Positions 26,816 through 37,179 of a stretch of DNA of 64,000 bases are shown here, in pieces. Origin of the DNA: Candidatus Uhrbacteria bacterium. GTDB lineage: Bacteria > Patescibacteriota > Patescibacteriia > UBA9934 > GWF2-40-263. The stretch spans positions 32,147-96,146 of the forward strand of contig JACRJU010000010.1 in NCBI GenBank assembly GCA_016219925.1. The letters are read 5' to 3'. Numbering within the stretch: position 1 is the first letter of the stretch; each line of letters begins with the position of its first letter. Position numbers and translations under genes: made by a program. Under the pieces are notes generated by a model. That model was given only the letters and a program-made list of their open reading frames with translations, did no database searches and was not told the DNA's origin.

Positions 26816-27367
26816 TTAGGTCAGCGTCGCGGATGGAAATTCATCCGGTTGATGAAAGTCTGGTTTATCGCCTGGCAAAGGGCTTAAAGAAAGAAACTGT
26901 CCGGCCATGTACACGAAAACGTTTAGGGCGCGCACATTTTCCGGAAGCAACCGATTTGGAATGACACATGCACTGATCCATGTTTTATGCGGGGTCTTCG
27001 TATATACGAGTGATGGGGAGAATTGGGAGAAATCATCACGACGGTGTCGGATACGATCGAACGAGAGCGCAAGAAAATGTCCACCCGCTCCTAACTCCAG
27101 TTCGAAATATTGATGCCCCGGACCTACCAAAAAAAGCTCAATGACATCGTCGTTCCAAAGTCCTTCCACTCGCGCGCCAATCGGCGCCTCTTTTGGGACC
27201 CGCATCTCAGGCAAGACTGGTCCTTCTGCTTTAATTTCAAGCCCTTCAGACACGACAGATAATTCCACTTTTCCCCACACGCGTTCATCCGGACAGAGCT
27301 GACCGTTCCACAGCCGATCAACGCGCAAAGCGAGGGTCTCTGGGTGTCTGGGGACGATGAGCATCAT
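26816..27367 (-). CDS. Hypothetical protein, CBM9/DOMON-like pattern, embedded in the liv operon
   Basis: LWNDDVIELFLVGPGHQYFELELGAGG resembles the family-9 carbohydrate-binding fold signature. ATGA overlap with the livG stop, and 1-nt gap to the livF start. Confidence 0.3.
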   Translation of the reverse strand: MMLIVPRHPETLALRVDRLWNGQLCPDERVWGKVELSVVSEGLEIKAEGPVLPEMRVPKEAPIGARVEGLWNDDVIELFLVGPGHQYFELELGAGGHFLALSFDRIRHRRDDFSQFSPSLVYTKTPHKTWISACVIPNRLLPENVRALNVFVYMAGQFLSLSPLPGDKPDFHQPDEFPSATLT

Positions 27368-28107
27368 AGGGCCGGTCCTAAATAGGCTTCCAGGACACGG
27401 GCATCGGACAGGACCTCGTGCGGCAGACCTTGTGTAAGAACGCGACCTTGATTCATCACGATAACCTTATCCGCGACCCGACGCACGAAATCCATGTCAT
27501 GCTCAATAAGCAAAACGGTCTCTCCTTTTTCCCTAAGCGCGCACAACGTTTTCTTAAACTGATCGCGTAGAACCGGATTCACTCCAGCCACCGGCTCATC
27601 AAGCATGAGCAGGTCGTGAGGATTCAAAAGGGCGCGGGCAAGATCAAACAGTTTTTGCTGGCCATAGGACAGATCGGTTACAATGGTGTGTGGATCCTTA
27701 TCCAGTCCGACAAACGTCATCATCTCTTGTATGCGGCTATGTTCTTGAGGGTCGGCTTTGATCGTGCGCAGGAACATTTTTAAAAATTGGTCATCATCTT
27801 CACGCAGAGCAATCAACAGATTGTCCTCAATAGAGAGATTGCGAAAGAGACGTGAAGTTTGGAAGGTGCGCGAGATTCCCGCGCGCGAGCGACGCCAAAT
27901 GTTTTGATGTGTTAGGTTTATATTTTTAAAAAAAATCTCCCCAGAATCAACAGGGAAGAACCCAGAAATCAAATTGAACACTGTAGTCTTACCGGCGCCG
28001 TTTGGCCCGATAAGCGCGGTGATTTTTCCAGAATCAATTTCAAAATGACAACCGTCCACGGCCTGAACCCCTCCGAAATGTTTCGTTAGATTTTTTACAG
28101 AGAGCAT
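27364..28107 (-). CDS. livG: Branched-chain amino acid ABC transporter, ATP-binding protein
   Basis: Start at ATG 28107 (MLSVKNLTKHFGG). Walker A GPNGAGKTT, signature LSYGQQK, Walker B LLMLDEP. Confidence 0.8.
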   Translation of the reverse strand: MLSVKNLTKHFGGVQAVDGCHFEIDSGKITALIGPNGAGKTTVFNLISGFFPVDSGEIFFKNINLTHQNIWRRSRAGISRTFQTSRLFRNLSIEDNLLIALREDDDQFLKMFLRTIKADPQEHSRIQEMMTFVGLDKDPHTIVTDLSYGQQKLFDLARALLNPHDLLMLDEPVAGVNPVLRDQFKKTLCALREKGETVLLIEHDMDFVRRVADKVIVMNQGRVLTQGLPHEVLSDARVLEAYLGPAL

Positions 28108-28111
28108 AGGG

Positions 28112-28972
28112 CTAGTCGAGGTCGGCGCGACCGAGTAAACCTTTTGGTCGCCACAACACAATGATCACAAGGACCGCCATAAATATCATCACCCGCAAAG
28201 GCCCAATGAGTGATGAAGGAATAGCAAAAAATCTAAGAGACTCCGAAATCACAAACACAAGAATCACCCCCACAAGCGATCCGCGCAGGGACGCGAGCCC
28301 GCCGATCACAACAGCCGCGAGCGCAAGCACAAGAGGGTCAAGCCAAAAGGTCCCGGGATTGATGAGCCGCAAAAAATGAGCAAGGAGTGATCCGGAGAGA
28401 CCAACAAAAAACCCAGAAAGAGCCATGGCTGTGATCTTCGCACGCTCCACATTTTTCCCAAGGCTCTCAGCCACTTGTTCATCGTCACGGATAGCTTCAA
28501 GCACACGTCCAAACGGAGATGAAACCGTTTGATTCAAAATGATATAAGCCACCGCAAGCACGAGCAAGACAAGAATGAAAAAGAAAAATGGATCGGTGAA
28601 ACCCTCTGGACGCATGATGCCGCGGACACCAAGCGTCCCGCGCGTAAGACTCGTCCAATTGATAAACACAGCAGAAGTCACGAACATAAAGCCCAAAGTC
28701 AGCAAGGCAAAATAATCGTCCTTGATGCGCCGGCTCGGAAGAGCAAGCAAAGCCCCGAAGACAGCGGCGGAGATTCCCGCAAGCACAAATGCTGGAAAAA
28801 ACGAAAATCCAAACTTCGTTGTTAAAATGGCACTGACATAAGCGCCAATCCCCATCAGTCCAACATGCCCTAAATTCACCAGACCTGTGTAACCCATCGC
28901 GAGATTAAAAGAAATGGCGATCAGGCCATAAATAGCCACGAGGGTAAAGATGTGAATGAGGAAGTTGACCAT
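28112..28972 (-). CDS. livM: Branched-chain amino acid ABC transporter permease
   Basis: 286-aa polytopic ORF in operon position between livH and livG. Confidence 0.7.
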   Translation of the reverse strand: MVNFLIHIFTLVAIYGLIAISFNLAMGYTGLVNLGHVGLMGIGAYVSAILTTKFGFSFFPAFVLAGISAAVFGALLALPSRRIKDDYFALLTLGFMFVTSAVFINWTSLTRGTLGVRGIMRPEGFTDPFFFFILVLLVLAVAYIILNQTVSSPFGRVLEAIRDDEQVAESLGKNVERAKITAMALSGFFVGLSGSLLAHFLRLINPGTFWLDPLVLALAAVVIGGLASLRGSLVGVILVFVISESLRFFAIPSSLIGPLRVMIFMAVLVIIVLWRPKGLLGRADLD

Positions 28973-28976
28973 ACTG

Positions 28977-29846
28977 TTATTTAAACTTTCTCATACCGAA
29001 CAATCCCTGCGGACGAAGAAGGAGGAAAAAGAATAAGAGGACAAACGCCATGGAATTTTTCCATCCAGCGCCGAAGAACCAAACAGCAATCTGTTCGAAT
29101 AGTCCGACGATGAATGCTCCAAAAATCGCGCCCCCGATTGAGCCAACGCCGCCAATAACCATCGCGGTGAAACCTTTAATAGCGAGGTACACCCCCATGT
29201 TGGGATCCAAATTGAACTCCAGACCAATCAAAATGCCAGCGATTGCTCCGAGTAAAGAACCAACCAAAAAAGAGAGTCTTCGAATGTCGCGCGTTTTAAT
29301 CCCCATGACCTCCGCCACTTCTTCGTTATCCGCTGTGGCGCGCATCGCCTTGCCAAATTTCGTTTTCTTGACGATGAAAGAAAGGGTAAGAAGGAGCAGG
29401 GTGGAAACGATGATCAAAATAATCTGCATTAGCGTAATGTTGAGATCAAAAAAACGATACACTTCTGTTTGCACGCTGAACGCTTTGAGGCTCGATCCGA
29501 ACAAAAGAAGAACCAAAGCGTTGCCGATCATCAAAAGAGCAATGGTTGAGATGAGATACGCCATCCGTTTGGCTTTGCGTTTACGCTGGGTCTCATAAAC
29601 AAGTTCGTTCATGATAAGACCTGTAGCCACAGACACAACAATGGCGCACACCGCTGCGAGCGCTGGGCTGAACCCCAGAACCACCCAAACATAATGAAAC
29701 ACATACCCCCCAAGTAAAATCACCACACCATGGGCCAAATGAAAAATCCGGCTTGTCGCGTAGATGAATGTGAGGCCAGAAGCCACCAAGGCATAAACCG
29801 AACCGGCGATAATCGCGTTGATAATCAGCTGAAGAACAATCTGCAT
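28977..29846 (-). CDS. livH: Branched-chain amino acid ABC transporter permease
   Basis: Start at ATG 29846 (MQIVLQLIINAIIAGSVYAL), typical of the LivH N-terminus. Confidence 0.7.
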   Translation of the reverse strand: MQIVLQLIINAIIAGSVYALVASGLTFIYATSRIFHLAHGVVILLGGYVFHYVWVVLGFSPALAAVCAIVVSVATGLIMNELVYETQRKRKAKRMAYLISTIALLMIGNALVLLLFGSSLKAFSVQTEVYRFFDLNITLMQIILIIVSTLLLLTLSFIVKKTKFGKAMRATADNEEVAEVMGIKTRDIRRLSFLVGSLLGAIAGILIGLEFNLDPNMGVYLAIKGFTAMVIGGVGSIGGAIFGAFIVGLFEQIAVWFFGAGWKNSMAFVLLFFFLLLRPQGLFGMRKFK

Positions 29847-29908
29847 ACTTCGCTTATCATAGAGAAAATACAAAAGACCCGCAACAAGCGCGGGTCTTTT
29901 GTTTTGTT

Positions 29909-31105
29909 TTACGGCGTGTAGGCACCCAGATCAATTGTTTCGCCATTAACGAAATGTTTGATGTGGTAGCCGATAATCGGATCACCGTTTTGATCAAATG
30001 AAGTATCTCCGAGAGCTCCCGGCCAATTTTTTACTGCATAGAGCCAATCTCGAACCTTCAAAGGATCCACACCAGAAACAGGGAAGGCGTCCTTCAGCAT
30101 GTAAATCTGGTCATAAGCCGCAGCCATGGACGCTGGATATTCCGGAGCGTGGCCATAGGCGGCCTGAAAATTGTCGAGGAAACGCTTGGTCACTTCACGC
30201 GTAGAATCAAGTTCGGGTGTTGGCGAATAAATGTCTGCGTAGAGAGTTTTGTTTTTAGCAATAGTGTCTGAACCCAACATCACGTCTGAAACAAGAAGTT
30301 GGCCTTTAAATCCATTCTCTTTCAATTGTTTGAGAATCTGAATTCCGGCGGCAGGAGTCTGTGGAACGATATAGAGGACATCTGGAGCGGCTGTTGAAAT
30401 TTTGAGAACCTGCGTTCTAAAATCTGTGTCTCCGGTGTTGAACGTTTCGTCTGCCACCACTTCTGCGCCATATTCTGCAGCCGCGGCCGTAAACGACTTG
30501 CGCAAACCTTGCGCATAATCTGTCTGTTCAGAAATTACGGAGACTTTCTTTGTCCCAAGTTTCTTGATGCTGTACGAGGCGATCACGTCTCCAGCCATGG
30601 CATCAGATGGATAAGAGCGGAAAACGAGGTCTCCAGCCGTTGAAAGATCTGGGCTTGAGGCCGCCGCTGAAAACAACATCACTCCTGCTGGCTCCGTGAG
30701 AGCGGCGGCGGCAAGGGCGGCACCTGAACAGTCTCCACTCACAATGAATTTAATCTTATCAACCTCGATCAGTTTTTGGGCGGCTGATGAGCCGTCTTGT
30801 GGATTGCACTTCGAGTCCTCCCAAACGAGTTGCAATTGGTGACCATCAATTCCTCCAGCCGCGTTAATTTCATTGACGGCAAGCATCGTGGCGTTCTGAA
30901 GCGGAATACCATAAACGGCACCATCTCCAGTAAGAGGATCCATCGCTCCAAGAACGATCGGGCCCTCTGGAATTGTGGCTTGAGCTGTGGGTTGGGCCTG
31001 CTCCTCTGGAGCTTTGGGAGCTGGTTTTGAAAAGTACACGATGCCGAGCACCACGATCACGATCGCGATGACCCAAAGCAGTGCACTGCTGGATTTTCCA
31101 GACAT
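29909..31105 (-). CDS. Type-1 periplasmic amino-acid-binding protein (LivJ/K-like)
   Basis: N-terminal anchor. IVLGAMDPLTGDGAVYG...INAAGGIDGHQL pattern. Confidence 0.7.
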   Translation of the reverse strand: MSGKSSSALLWVIAIVIVVLGIVYFSKPAPKAPEEQAQPTAQATIPEGPIVLGAMDPLTGDGAVYGIPLQNATMLAVNEINAAGGIDGHQLQLVWEDSKCNPQDGSSAAQKLIEVDKIKFIVSGDCSGAALAAAALTEPAGVMLFSAAASSPDLSTAGDLVFRSYPSDAMAGDVIASYSIKKLGTKKVSVISEQTDYAQGLRKSFTAAAAEYGAEVVADETFNTGDTDFRTQVLKISTAAPDVLYIVPQTPAAGIQILKQLKENGFKGQLLVSDVMLGSDTIAKNKTLYADIYSPTPELDSTREVTKRFLDNFQAAYGHAPEYPASMAAAYDQIYMLKDAFPVSGVDPLKVRDWLYAVKNWPGALGDTSFDQNGDPIIGYHIKHFVNGETIDLGAYTP

Positions 31106-31153
31106 AAGTCAAAATGGGTATTTAATCCCGTTTTCGTGGGTGCGATACGGGTT

Positions 31154-32290
31154 TTATGAACGAATAGGCATGAGCACATACCGGTACGCCTGTGTGCTCT
31201 GTGCGGGACTGATAAGACAGGGGTTGGCCCCATCAATCATTTCAAAGACCACCTGATCTGAAACGATCGCTTGCAGGCCATCGAGGAGATAGCGATAATT
31301 TACCGAAACTGTGTTTGGCTGTCCAGAAATTTCTGCGCCGCAAGAGCTGATGTTATCCCCACGGGTTGCGTCTGTCGCCTGAACATGGAGAGCCTCCGCG
31401 GTGGGTTCAAAAGCCAAAGTGACGTCAAATAAGCCATTTTTTGAGAATAAACTAGCGGTTTTTACAGCTTTTATAAAGTCTTCTTTATCCAAAATAGCCC
31501 GTGTTGAAAACTGTTTTGGGATAATCTGCTGGTAATCAGGATAATTTTCATCAATAACCCGTGAAATAAGTTCAACCGGACCAAAAATAAATACCGCCTG
31601 ACTTTGCGAAAGCTGTAAGCTGACAGTTGTTGGTAGTTCAACATCATCTTTGAAAACGGAAAGAACGCGTAGAACCTCCGAAAGCGTCTTGGCTGGGACA
31701 ACGACACTTCTTTCTTGTCCTGGACGATCCAGAAGCGTTATGGTGGCTTCTGAGAGCCTGTAGGAGTCGGTTGCAACCAGCTTCAAACGCCCCTCACTCT
31801 CAAATGAAGAAAAATGCATGAGCACACCCGTGAGTTCTGGACGTGATTCGTTTGTTGCTACCGCAAAGAGGACTTGAGATAAGGCGGCTTTTAAATCACC
31901 AACAGGAATCCGATAGATCTCCTCCCCATTCACTTTTGGCACAAGAGGGAATTCAGAAGCAGAAAGTCCGTTGATTTTTGTTTTGTGGTTTCCGCACTGC
32001 AAACGAATATTATCATCATCCGTATCAAGACGAATTGTTTCGCTTGGAAGGAGCGAAACGTAATCATAAAATAGTTTTGATGGGACGGTGTGCTCCCCCG
32101 GTTCATCAACTTTGCCTCTCACAACACAATTCACTGCAATTTCTAAATTTGTCGACGTAAATTTTATTGTTCCCCCCTCCGCTTTAACAAGAACATTTTG
32201 TAAAATCGGTAAATTAACGTTCTTCGTCATGAGATGGCTTGTGATGCTCAACCCTTGATGGAGATTCTCTTTCGTACAAGACAGTTTCAT
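31154..32290 (-). CDS. dnaN: DNA polymerase III beta sliding clamp
   Basis: MKLSCTKENLHQGLSITSHL...NLPILQNVLVKAEGGTIKFTSTNLE. 378 aa, directly downstream of dnaA. Confidence 0.9.
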   Translation of the reverse strand: MKLSCTKENLHQGLSITSHLMTKNVNLPILQNVLVKAEGGTIKFTSTNLEIAVNCVVRGKVDEPGEHTVPSKLFYDYVSLLPSETIRLDTDDDNIRLQCGNHKTKINGLSASEFPLVPKVNGEEIYRIPVGDLKAALSQVLFAVATNESRPELTGVLMHFSSFESEGRLKLVATDSYRLSEATITLLDRPGQERSVVVPAKTLSEVLRVLSVFKDDVELPTTVSLQLSQSQAVFIFGPVELISRVIDENYPDYQQIIPKQFSTRAILDKEDFIKAVKTASLFSKNGLFDVTLAFEPTAEALHVQATDATRGDNISSCGAEISGQPNTVSVNYRYLLDGLQAIVSDQVVFEMIDGANPCLISPAQSTQAYRYVLMPIRS

Positions 32291-32535
32291 ATTTTTGTTC
32301 TGTATTATTGTTTTTACAAAAGAGATTAATAAATAAAGTAATAGTAGTAAGGGGTGTGGATGAAGTGGAAAACAGAAATTTTTAGCTTAATTGAGTGATG
32401 TTTTAGCTTATGGATTTGTGGATGAACTTAGGTGTTTGGTTGTGGAGTCTTGGTGAATATTTTTGAACACTTTATTTATTCACTCTTTCCCCCACCTCTT
32501 TCACAGAGGGTTACCCACGAGAAGTGCACTGTATA
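32291..32535. promoter_or_regulatory. Candidate oriC (dnaA-dnaN spacer)
   Basis: About 60 nt of AT-rich tract at 32291-32350. DnaA-box variants TGTGGATGA (32355-32363 and 32417-32425), TGTGGAGTC (32441-32449) and TTACCCACG (32511-32519). Further 8/9 boxes lie upstream of dnaA at 33949-33957 and 34000-34008. Confidence 0.45.
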
Positions 32536-33927
32536 TTAATAGGTGTAGAGTTTTTGTTTGATCAGTTCAAGATCGTGTTGAAGTTTTTCATCCGCCACAA
32601 GACAATTACAGATTTTTTCATAGGCGTGCATAGCTGTTGTGTGGTCTCGTCCTCCAAGTTCTGTTCCAATAGATGGATAACTCGCTTTCATTTCCTCACG
32701 CATGAGATACATGATAATTTGTCTTGGAAACGCCAGCCGTTTTTGGCGGCTCGCTCCAAGCAGGTCAACGATTTGGACATCGAAATATCCAGCGACTGTC
32801 TGAATAAGCTGTTTGGGGGTAACGGTTTTTCTTGTGTTTGAAGGAGTGAAGCTTGAGAGGATTGGTTTTACAGAATCAAGAGTTGCGCGGGTGTTTTTGA
32901 ATTGATGAAACGCGATAATTTTGTTAAGGGCTCCTTCAAGTTCTCGAACGTTCGTTTGGACAACACTTGCGATGTGATGAACGATGTCGTGTTCGAGTGC
33001 GTAAGTTTTTTCTCGGCACTTGGTTTCTAAAATTGCTACACGTGTTTCAAAATCTGGAGAGCCCACGTCGGCCATCATTCCCTGCTCAAATCTTGAGATA
33101 AGCCGGCTTTCAAGTTGGGGGATGGCTTTTGGTGGACGATCTGAAGAGATCACGATCTGCTTGTTATTTTGGTAGAGCTGGTTGAATGTGTGAAAAAACT
33201 CTTCCTGCGTTCCCTCTTTTCCAGTCATAAACTGGATGTCGTCAACCAATAGAACATCAACCGTTCGGTAACGATTTTTAAACTCAACCATCCGCCCCCC
33301 CTTAAGCGCCCCAATGAAATCATTGGTAAAACGCTCGCTTGTGACATATAAAATGCGCGTTTGTGGGCTTTTTCGTATAAGTTCGTTGCCAACCGCTTGT
33401 AAAAGGTGGGTTTTTCCAAGGCCGACACCACCATAGATAAACAAGGGGTTGTAGACGCCTCCTGGCTGTGCACACACAGCTTGAGCGGCGGCGTGGGCCA
33501 GCTCATTTTGTTTGCCAACAATGAACGTTCCAAAACAGTACTTTCCATTAAGAGAAAATTCCCCTGTGCGAATTTCTTGAGGTTCGTGACTGGTTCTGGG
33601 TTGGTACCCGTCTGATGTTGGTGGTTCGTTCTGCGAAGACCCATCGAACAGCGGAATAATTTGTTGAGGAGCTTGTTGGCGCGCTTCCACGCGGTACGTC
33701 AACTGTTTGATTGTTCCGTTCGTGAGATCCTGCAAAGACTGCATGATTTCTTTTGAATACTTCTTTTCTAGCCAGGCTTTTGTAAAAAGATTCGGAACTC
33801 CAACGATAATGGCATGATCACGCACTTCTGAAATAAAAGTTTGTTTAAACCAGGTGGTGAAATTTGCTTTACTCAATGACAATTCGAGTTCGCCAAGAAC
33901 CGCTTGCCAGAGTTCGTTGGTGTTCAT
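32536..33927 (-). CDS. dnaA: Chromosomal replication initiator DnaA
   Basis: Start at ATG 33927 (MNTNELWQAVLGELE). Walker A GGVGLGKTHLL. C-terminal HTH IGTELGGRDHTTAMHAYEKI. Confidence 0.95.
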   Translation of the reverse strand: MNTNELWQAVLGELELSLSKANFTTWFKQTFISEVRDHAIIVGVPNLFTKAWLEKKYSKEIMQSLQDLTNGTIKQLTYRVEARQQAPQQIIPLFDGSSQNEPPTSDGYQPRTSHEPQEIRTGEFSLNGKYCFGTFIVGKQNELAHAAAQAVCAQPGGVYNPLFIYGGVGLGKTHLLQAVGNELIRKSPQTRILYVTSERFTNDFIGALKGGRMVEFKNRYRTVDVLLVDDIQFMTGKEGTQEEFFHTFNQLYQNNKQIVISSDRPPKAIPQLESRLISRFEQGMMADVGSPDFETRVAILETKCREKTYALEHDIVHHIASVVQTNVRELEGALNKIIAFHQFKNTRATLDSVKPILSSFTPSNTRKTVTPKQLIQTVAGYFDVQIVDLLGASRQKRLAFPRQIIMYLMREEMKASYPSIGTELGGRDHTTAMHAYEKICNCLVADEKLQHDLELIKQKLYTY

Positions 33928-34043
33928 ACGGGGCGTAGTGTAGACTACTTGTCCACATGTGAGCAAGTGCGTGTTTCGTGTACAAAGGGGTTGATGTTTT
34001 GTGGGTAACTTGTTAATATCTTTGTGCCTAATGTTTTACCCCT

Positions 34044-34190
34044 ATGCCAAAGCGCACACATCAACCAAAGACGCGTCAGCGCGCCAAAGTTCACGGATTT
34101 CGCCAGCGCATGACGACATCAACTGGAAAGAAAGTGCTCAGCCGTCGCCGCGCAAGCGGGCGCAAGCGTTTGAGCGTGAGCGACAAGTAA
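34044..34190 (+). CDS. rpmH: 50S ribosomal protein L34
   Basis: Hand translation gives [48 protein letters not shown]. Below the ORF-track length cut-off. Confidence 0.9.
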   Translation: MPKRTHQPKTRQRAKVHGFRQRMTTSTGKKVLSRRRASGRKRLSVSDK

Positions 34191-34191
34191 C

Positions 34192-34536
34192 ATGCTTCCC
34201 GCGGCCCATCGGCTTCGTCATGAAAAAGACATCAAAACGCTCCTGGCCAAAGGCAGGAGCGTGTTTGGTCTGTTCATGGGTTTCCGCATTCGTAAAAATA
34301 CTCTTGATGTTTCTCGGTTCGCGGTCGCTGTGGGGACCAAAGTGTCAAAAAAAGCCGTTGTGCGGAATCGTCTACGCCGACAGATTCGCGCGATTTTGTT
34401 TAAACATCTTTCTGCCATTACCCCAGGCTATGATTTTTTGGTTATGGTAAAAAAAGAATCCATTGGAAAAACATCAAAGGAACTCGAAACGGATTTGGTA
34501 AAAACTTTGCGAGGACGAGCTCGCCTATTGCGATGA
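34192..34536 (+). CDS. rnpA: RNase P protein component
   Basis: [18 protein letters not shown]... Basic 114-aa protein directly after rpmH. Confidence 0.85.
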   Translation: MLPAAHRLRHEKDIKTLLAKGRSVFGLFMGFRIRKNTLDVSRFAVAVGTKVSKKAVVRNRLRRQIRAILFKHLSAITPGYDFLVMVKKESIGKTSKELETDLVKTLRGRARLLR

Positions 34537-34790
34537 TTTGGCAATTTTTTCCAAAATACATTGCCCTAAGAACAATTCGTCTGTATCAAAAGACTCTTTC
34601 TTTTGATCATGGAATATTTAAACGGCTTTACCCAAGCGGATTTTGCCGATTTCATCCAACATGTTCTGAATACGGCTATCAAGCCGTTGAACGATTCGGG
34701 GTTTTGCATGGTGGGTGGCTGGCCATTGGCCGCATCATTCGATGCAATCCCTTTTCAAAAGGCGGGATAGACGAAGTCCCAAAACAATAG
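34533..34790 (+). CDS. yidD: Membrane protein insertion efficiency factor YidD
   Basis: YQKTLSF...[19 protein letters not shown] signature. Confidence 0.85.
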   Translation: MIWQFFPKYIALRTIRLYQKTLSFDHGIFKRLYPSGFCRFHPTCSEYGYQAVERFGVLHGGWLAIGRIIRCNPFSKGGIDEVPKQ

Positions 34791-34803
34791 ACGGGCTATC
34801 CGT

Positions 34804-35022
34804 CTATTCTATTTCTATTTGTTTGATTTTTGCGGTTGCTCCTCGCACAAGTGTCAGACGAGACGGAGCGATTTTCAATTCCTGAGCTAACACCTTAATG
34901 ACAGCGGTATTGGCTTTTCCCTTTTCTGCCACAGCGCACACAGAAATTTTGAGAGTATCCTCATCTAACCATTCTAGCGATTCTTTTTTCGCCCGAGGTT
35001 TCACATGAACGGTTAGCAACAT
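34804..35022 (-). CDS. DUF167 (YggU-like) protein
   Basis: LTVHVKPRAKKESLEW...KGKANTAVIKVLAQELKIAPSRLTLVRGATAKIK. Confidence 0.7.
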   Translation of the reverse strand: MLLTVHVKPRAKKESLEWLDEDTLKISVCAVAEKGKANTAVIKVLAQELKIAPSRLTLVRGATAKIKQIEIE

Positions 35023-35816
35023 AGTCCGGGCCCCCCTTCAAGGGAGTTGGTGATGCCAATCAATTTTTGGTGTATGAGCCCATTGGTTGCGACCAGATCA
35101 CGACTCTGATGGCTCCAAAGGTTTCCACAATAGTCTGATATTTTTCCTCCAGCTTCGCAGACCAACAGAGATCCCACCACCGTGTCCCATGGATTATTAC
35201 CAGTAAGGATCACCGCATCGGCTCGTCCACTTGCCACATATGCGAGCATAATTGTCGCTGAACCTAAGCGACGGAAATAGGTTGTTTGTCTTTCAAGAGC
35301 GGAAATAATTTGAGCATGGCGCTGTTGGTCTTTTTCTTTATATCCTCTTCCCGCAAAAAGCATCGAGCCGCGCGCGGCGTCTTTGGTTGAGACATGAATA
35401 GACGTTCCATTGAGGGTTGCTCCTTGCCCTTTCGCGCAAACGAACATTTCATCATGGAGGGGATCATAAATAACCCCAAGGAGTGTTTCATTATTCTCAA
35501 CAAGCGCAATGGCCACAGCAAAAATCGGAATATGAGCGAGAAAATTTGAGGTTCCATCTAATGGATCGATGACCCACGTACGTGAATTGGTGATCTGTTT
35601 GTGAAGGGCGTCGGGCGATTCTTCACTCAGTTGGAGGTCATTTGGAAAAATACGCGCAAGCGATTGTGCGATGTACTCGTGGGAAATCAGATCCGCCTCT
35701 GATACGAGAGTCTGGTCTTCTTTTGTCTGAACGTGGTTTGAATTTCCGAAGCGATTTTTGACAAGAGCGCCTGCGGCTCGGGCAATATCCACAACCACAT
35801 CACATTCACGAAACAT
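35013..35816 (-). CDS. Inositol monophosphatase family protein (SuhB-like)
   Basis: WVIDPLDGTSNF motif; 267 aa. Confidence 0.75.
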   Translation of the reverse strand: MFRECDVVVDIARAAGALVKNRFGNSNHVQTKEDQTLVSEADLISHEYIAQSLARIFPNDLQLSEESPDALHKQITNSRTWVIDPLDGTSNFLAHIPIFAVAIALVENNETLLGVIYDPLHDEMFVCAKGQGATLNGTSIHVSTKDAARGSMLFAGRGYKEKDQQRHAQIISALERQTTYFRRLGSATIMLAYVASGRADAVILTGNNPWDTVVGSLLVCEAGGKISDYCGNLWSHQSRDLVATNGLIHQKLIGITNSLEGGPGLCC

Positions 35817-35875
35817 AGATGGGGGCTCCCCCTTTTTTATCTAACGGCGTTTTTGTGATGTGGTCAAGACGCGAC

Positions 35876-37165
35876 TTATTTCACCATCACTGATTTCAAA
35901 AATTCGATGACTTTCCGATTTCTTAGAATTTGTTGGACATACTCACGATATTCCGGGGCGTAGATTTGTTCTTTAGCTTCTTTATCTTGATAATGTTCTG
36001 CAACACGATCCAACTCCGTATCGATTTCTTTTTCCTCCACAGTTGTGTGCTCTTGATCGGCGATCGCCCGCAGGACCAAAGCCACTTTGATGCGCGTCAG
36101 AGCTTGAGGGGTGAAGTCCATTTTCAGTTGTGCGAGCGTGCGTTTGAGATTAGCTATGTAGGTTTCAAATTCAAGCCCCTGGGACTCGACCCCACGCTTG
36201 AGTTCCTCGATCATTTTATTGATCTCCTCGTTAAGCAAGAGATCCGGAATTTCCTCAAAACGAGATTTTTTTGCGATGAGTTCCAACACCTCGCGCTCTT
36301 GTCGCTTAGCCTCCTCTTGTTGTTTTTCTTCGAGGAGGTTCTTGTTAATGATGGCTTTTAAGGCTTGCAAATCCTTGAGACCGTGGGTCACAGCAAACGC
36401 GTCATCGAGTTCTGGAGGTTGCAAGTGATAGACTTCTTTGATAGTGATTTCAAATTCCGCTTGCGATCCAGCAAGCATTTTTTGGACATGATCTTTTGGG
36501 AATGAAAGAGAGAACGCTTTTTGTTCGTCCTCTTTAAGTCCTATCAGTCGCTCCTTAAGGCCTGGGATGTAGTAGTCTTCGTTGAGGTAGATCATGTGGT
36601 TTGGGGAAGAACCTCCTTCGATCGCCACCCCATTTTTTTTTATGATCATGGAGACGACGACCTTATCCGTTGCGCCGATCGGCGTTTCTTTTGGCGCACG
36701 AACTTCTTTTGTTTGCATGCGCTGGAGATCGCGCAGGGCCAGGTCGATCTCTTTATCTTCAACGACAATAGTTTTTGGCTCAACACGCAAATCTTTGTAC
36801 ATAGCAAGTTCGGACGCTTTTGGCATGCGTGTCACTTCGGCTGTGAAAACGAGGTCATTGTCGGGCGCCAATTTGGAAACATCAATTTTCGGTGATCCAA
36901 CCGTTTCGATGTCGTGGGCTAACAGAGCTTGAACATAAGAGGAACGAACAATAGACTCGAGAGCTTCCTCGAGGATTTTCATTTCACCAAATCGTTGTTT
37001 GACTATGTCGTAGTTTGCTTTCCCCGGACGAAAACCAGGAATTTCGGAATGCTCGGACAAGTGCGTCGCCGCATCGGTCAAGTATGGAAGCAACTCTTGC
37101 GAAGTGAGTGTGAACGTCAGTTTTACGAGATTCTTTTCGAGATTTTCGATTTTGACATCAGGCAT
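35876..37165 (-). CDS. tig: Trigger factor
   Basis: 429 aa. The N-terminus has the IPGFRPGKANYDIVKQRFG signature. Confidence 0.85.
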   Translation of the reverse strand: MPDVKIENLEKNLVKLTFTLTSQELLPYLTDAATHLSEHSEIPGFRPGKANYDIVKQRFGEMKILEEALESIVRSSYVQALLAHDIETVGSPKIDVSKLAPDNDLVFTAEVTRMPKASELAMYKDLRVEPKTIVVEDKEIDLALRDLQRMQTKEVRAPKETPIGATDKVVVSMIIKKNGVAIEGGSSPNHMIYLNEDYYIPGLKERLIGLKEDEQKAFSLSFPKDHVQKMLAGSQAEFEITIKEVYHLQPPELDDAFAVTHGLKDLQALKAIINKNLLEEKQQEEAKRQEREVLELIAKKSRFEEIPDLLLNEEINKMIEELKRGVESQGLEFETYIANLKRTLAQLKMDFTPQALTRIKVALVLRAIADQEHTTVEEKEIDTELDRVAEHYQDKEAKEQIYAPEYREYVQQILRNRKVIEFLKSVMVK

Positions 37166-37179
37166 AGTGGGCTGCTTTC

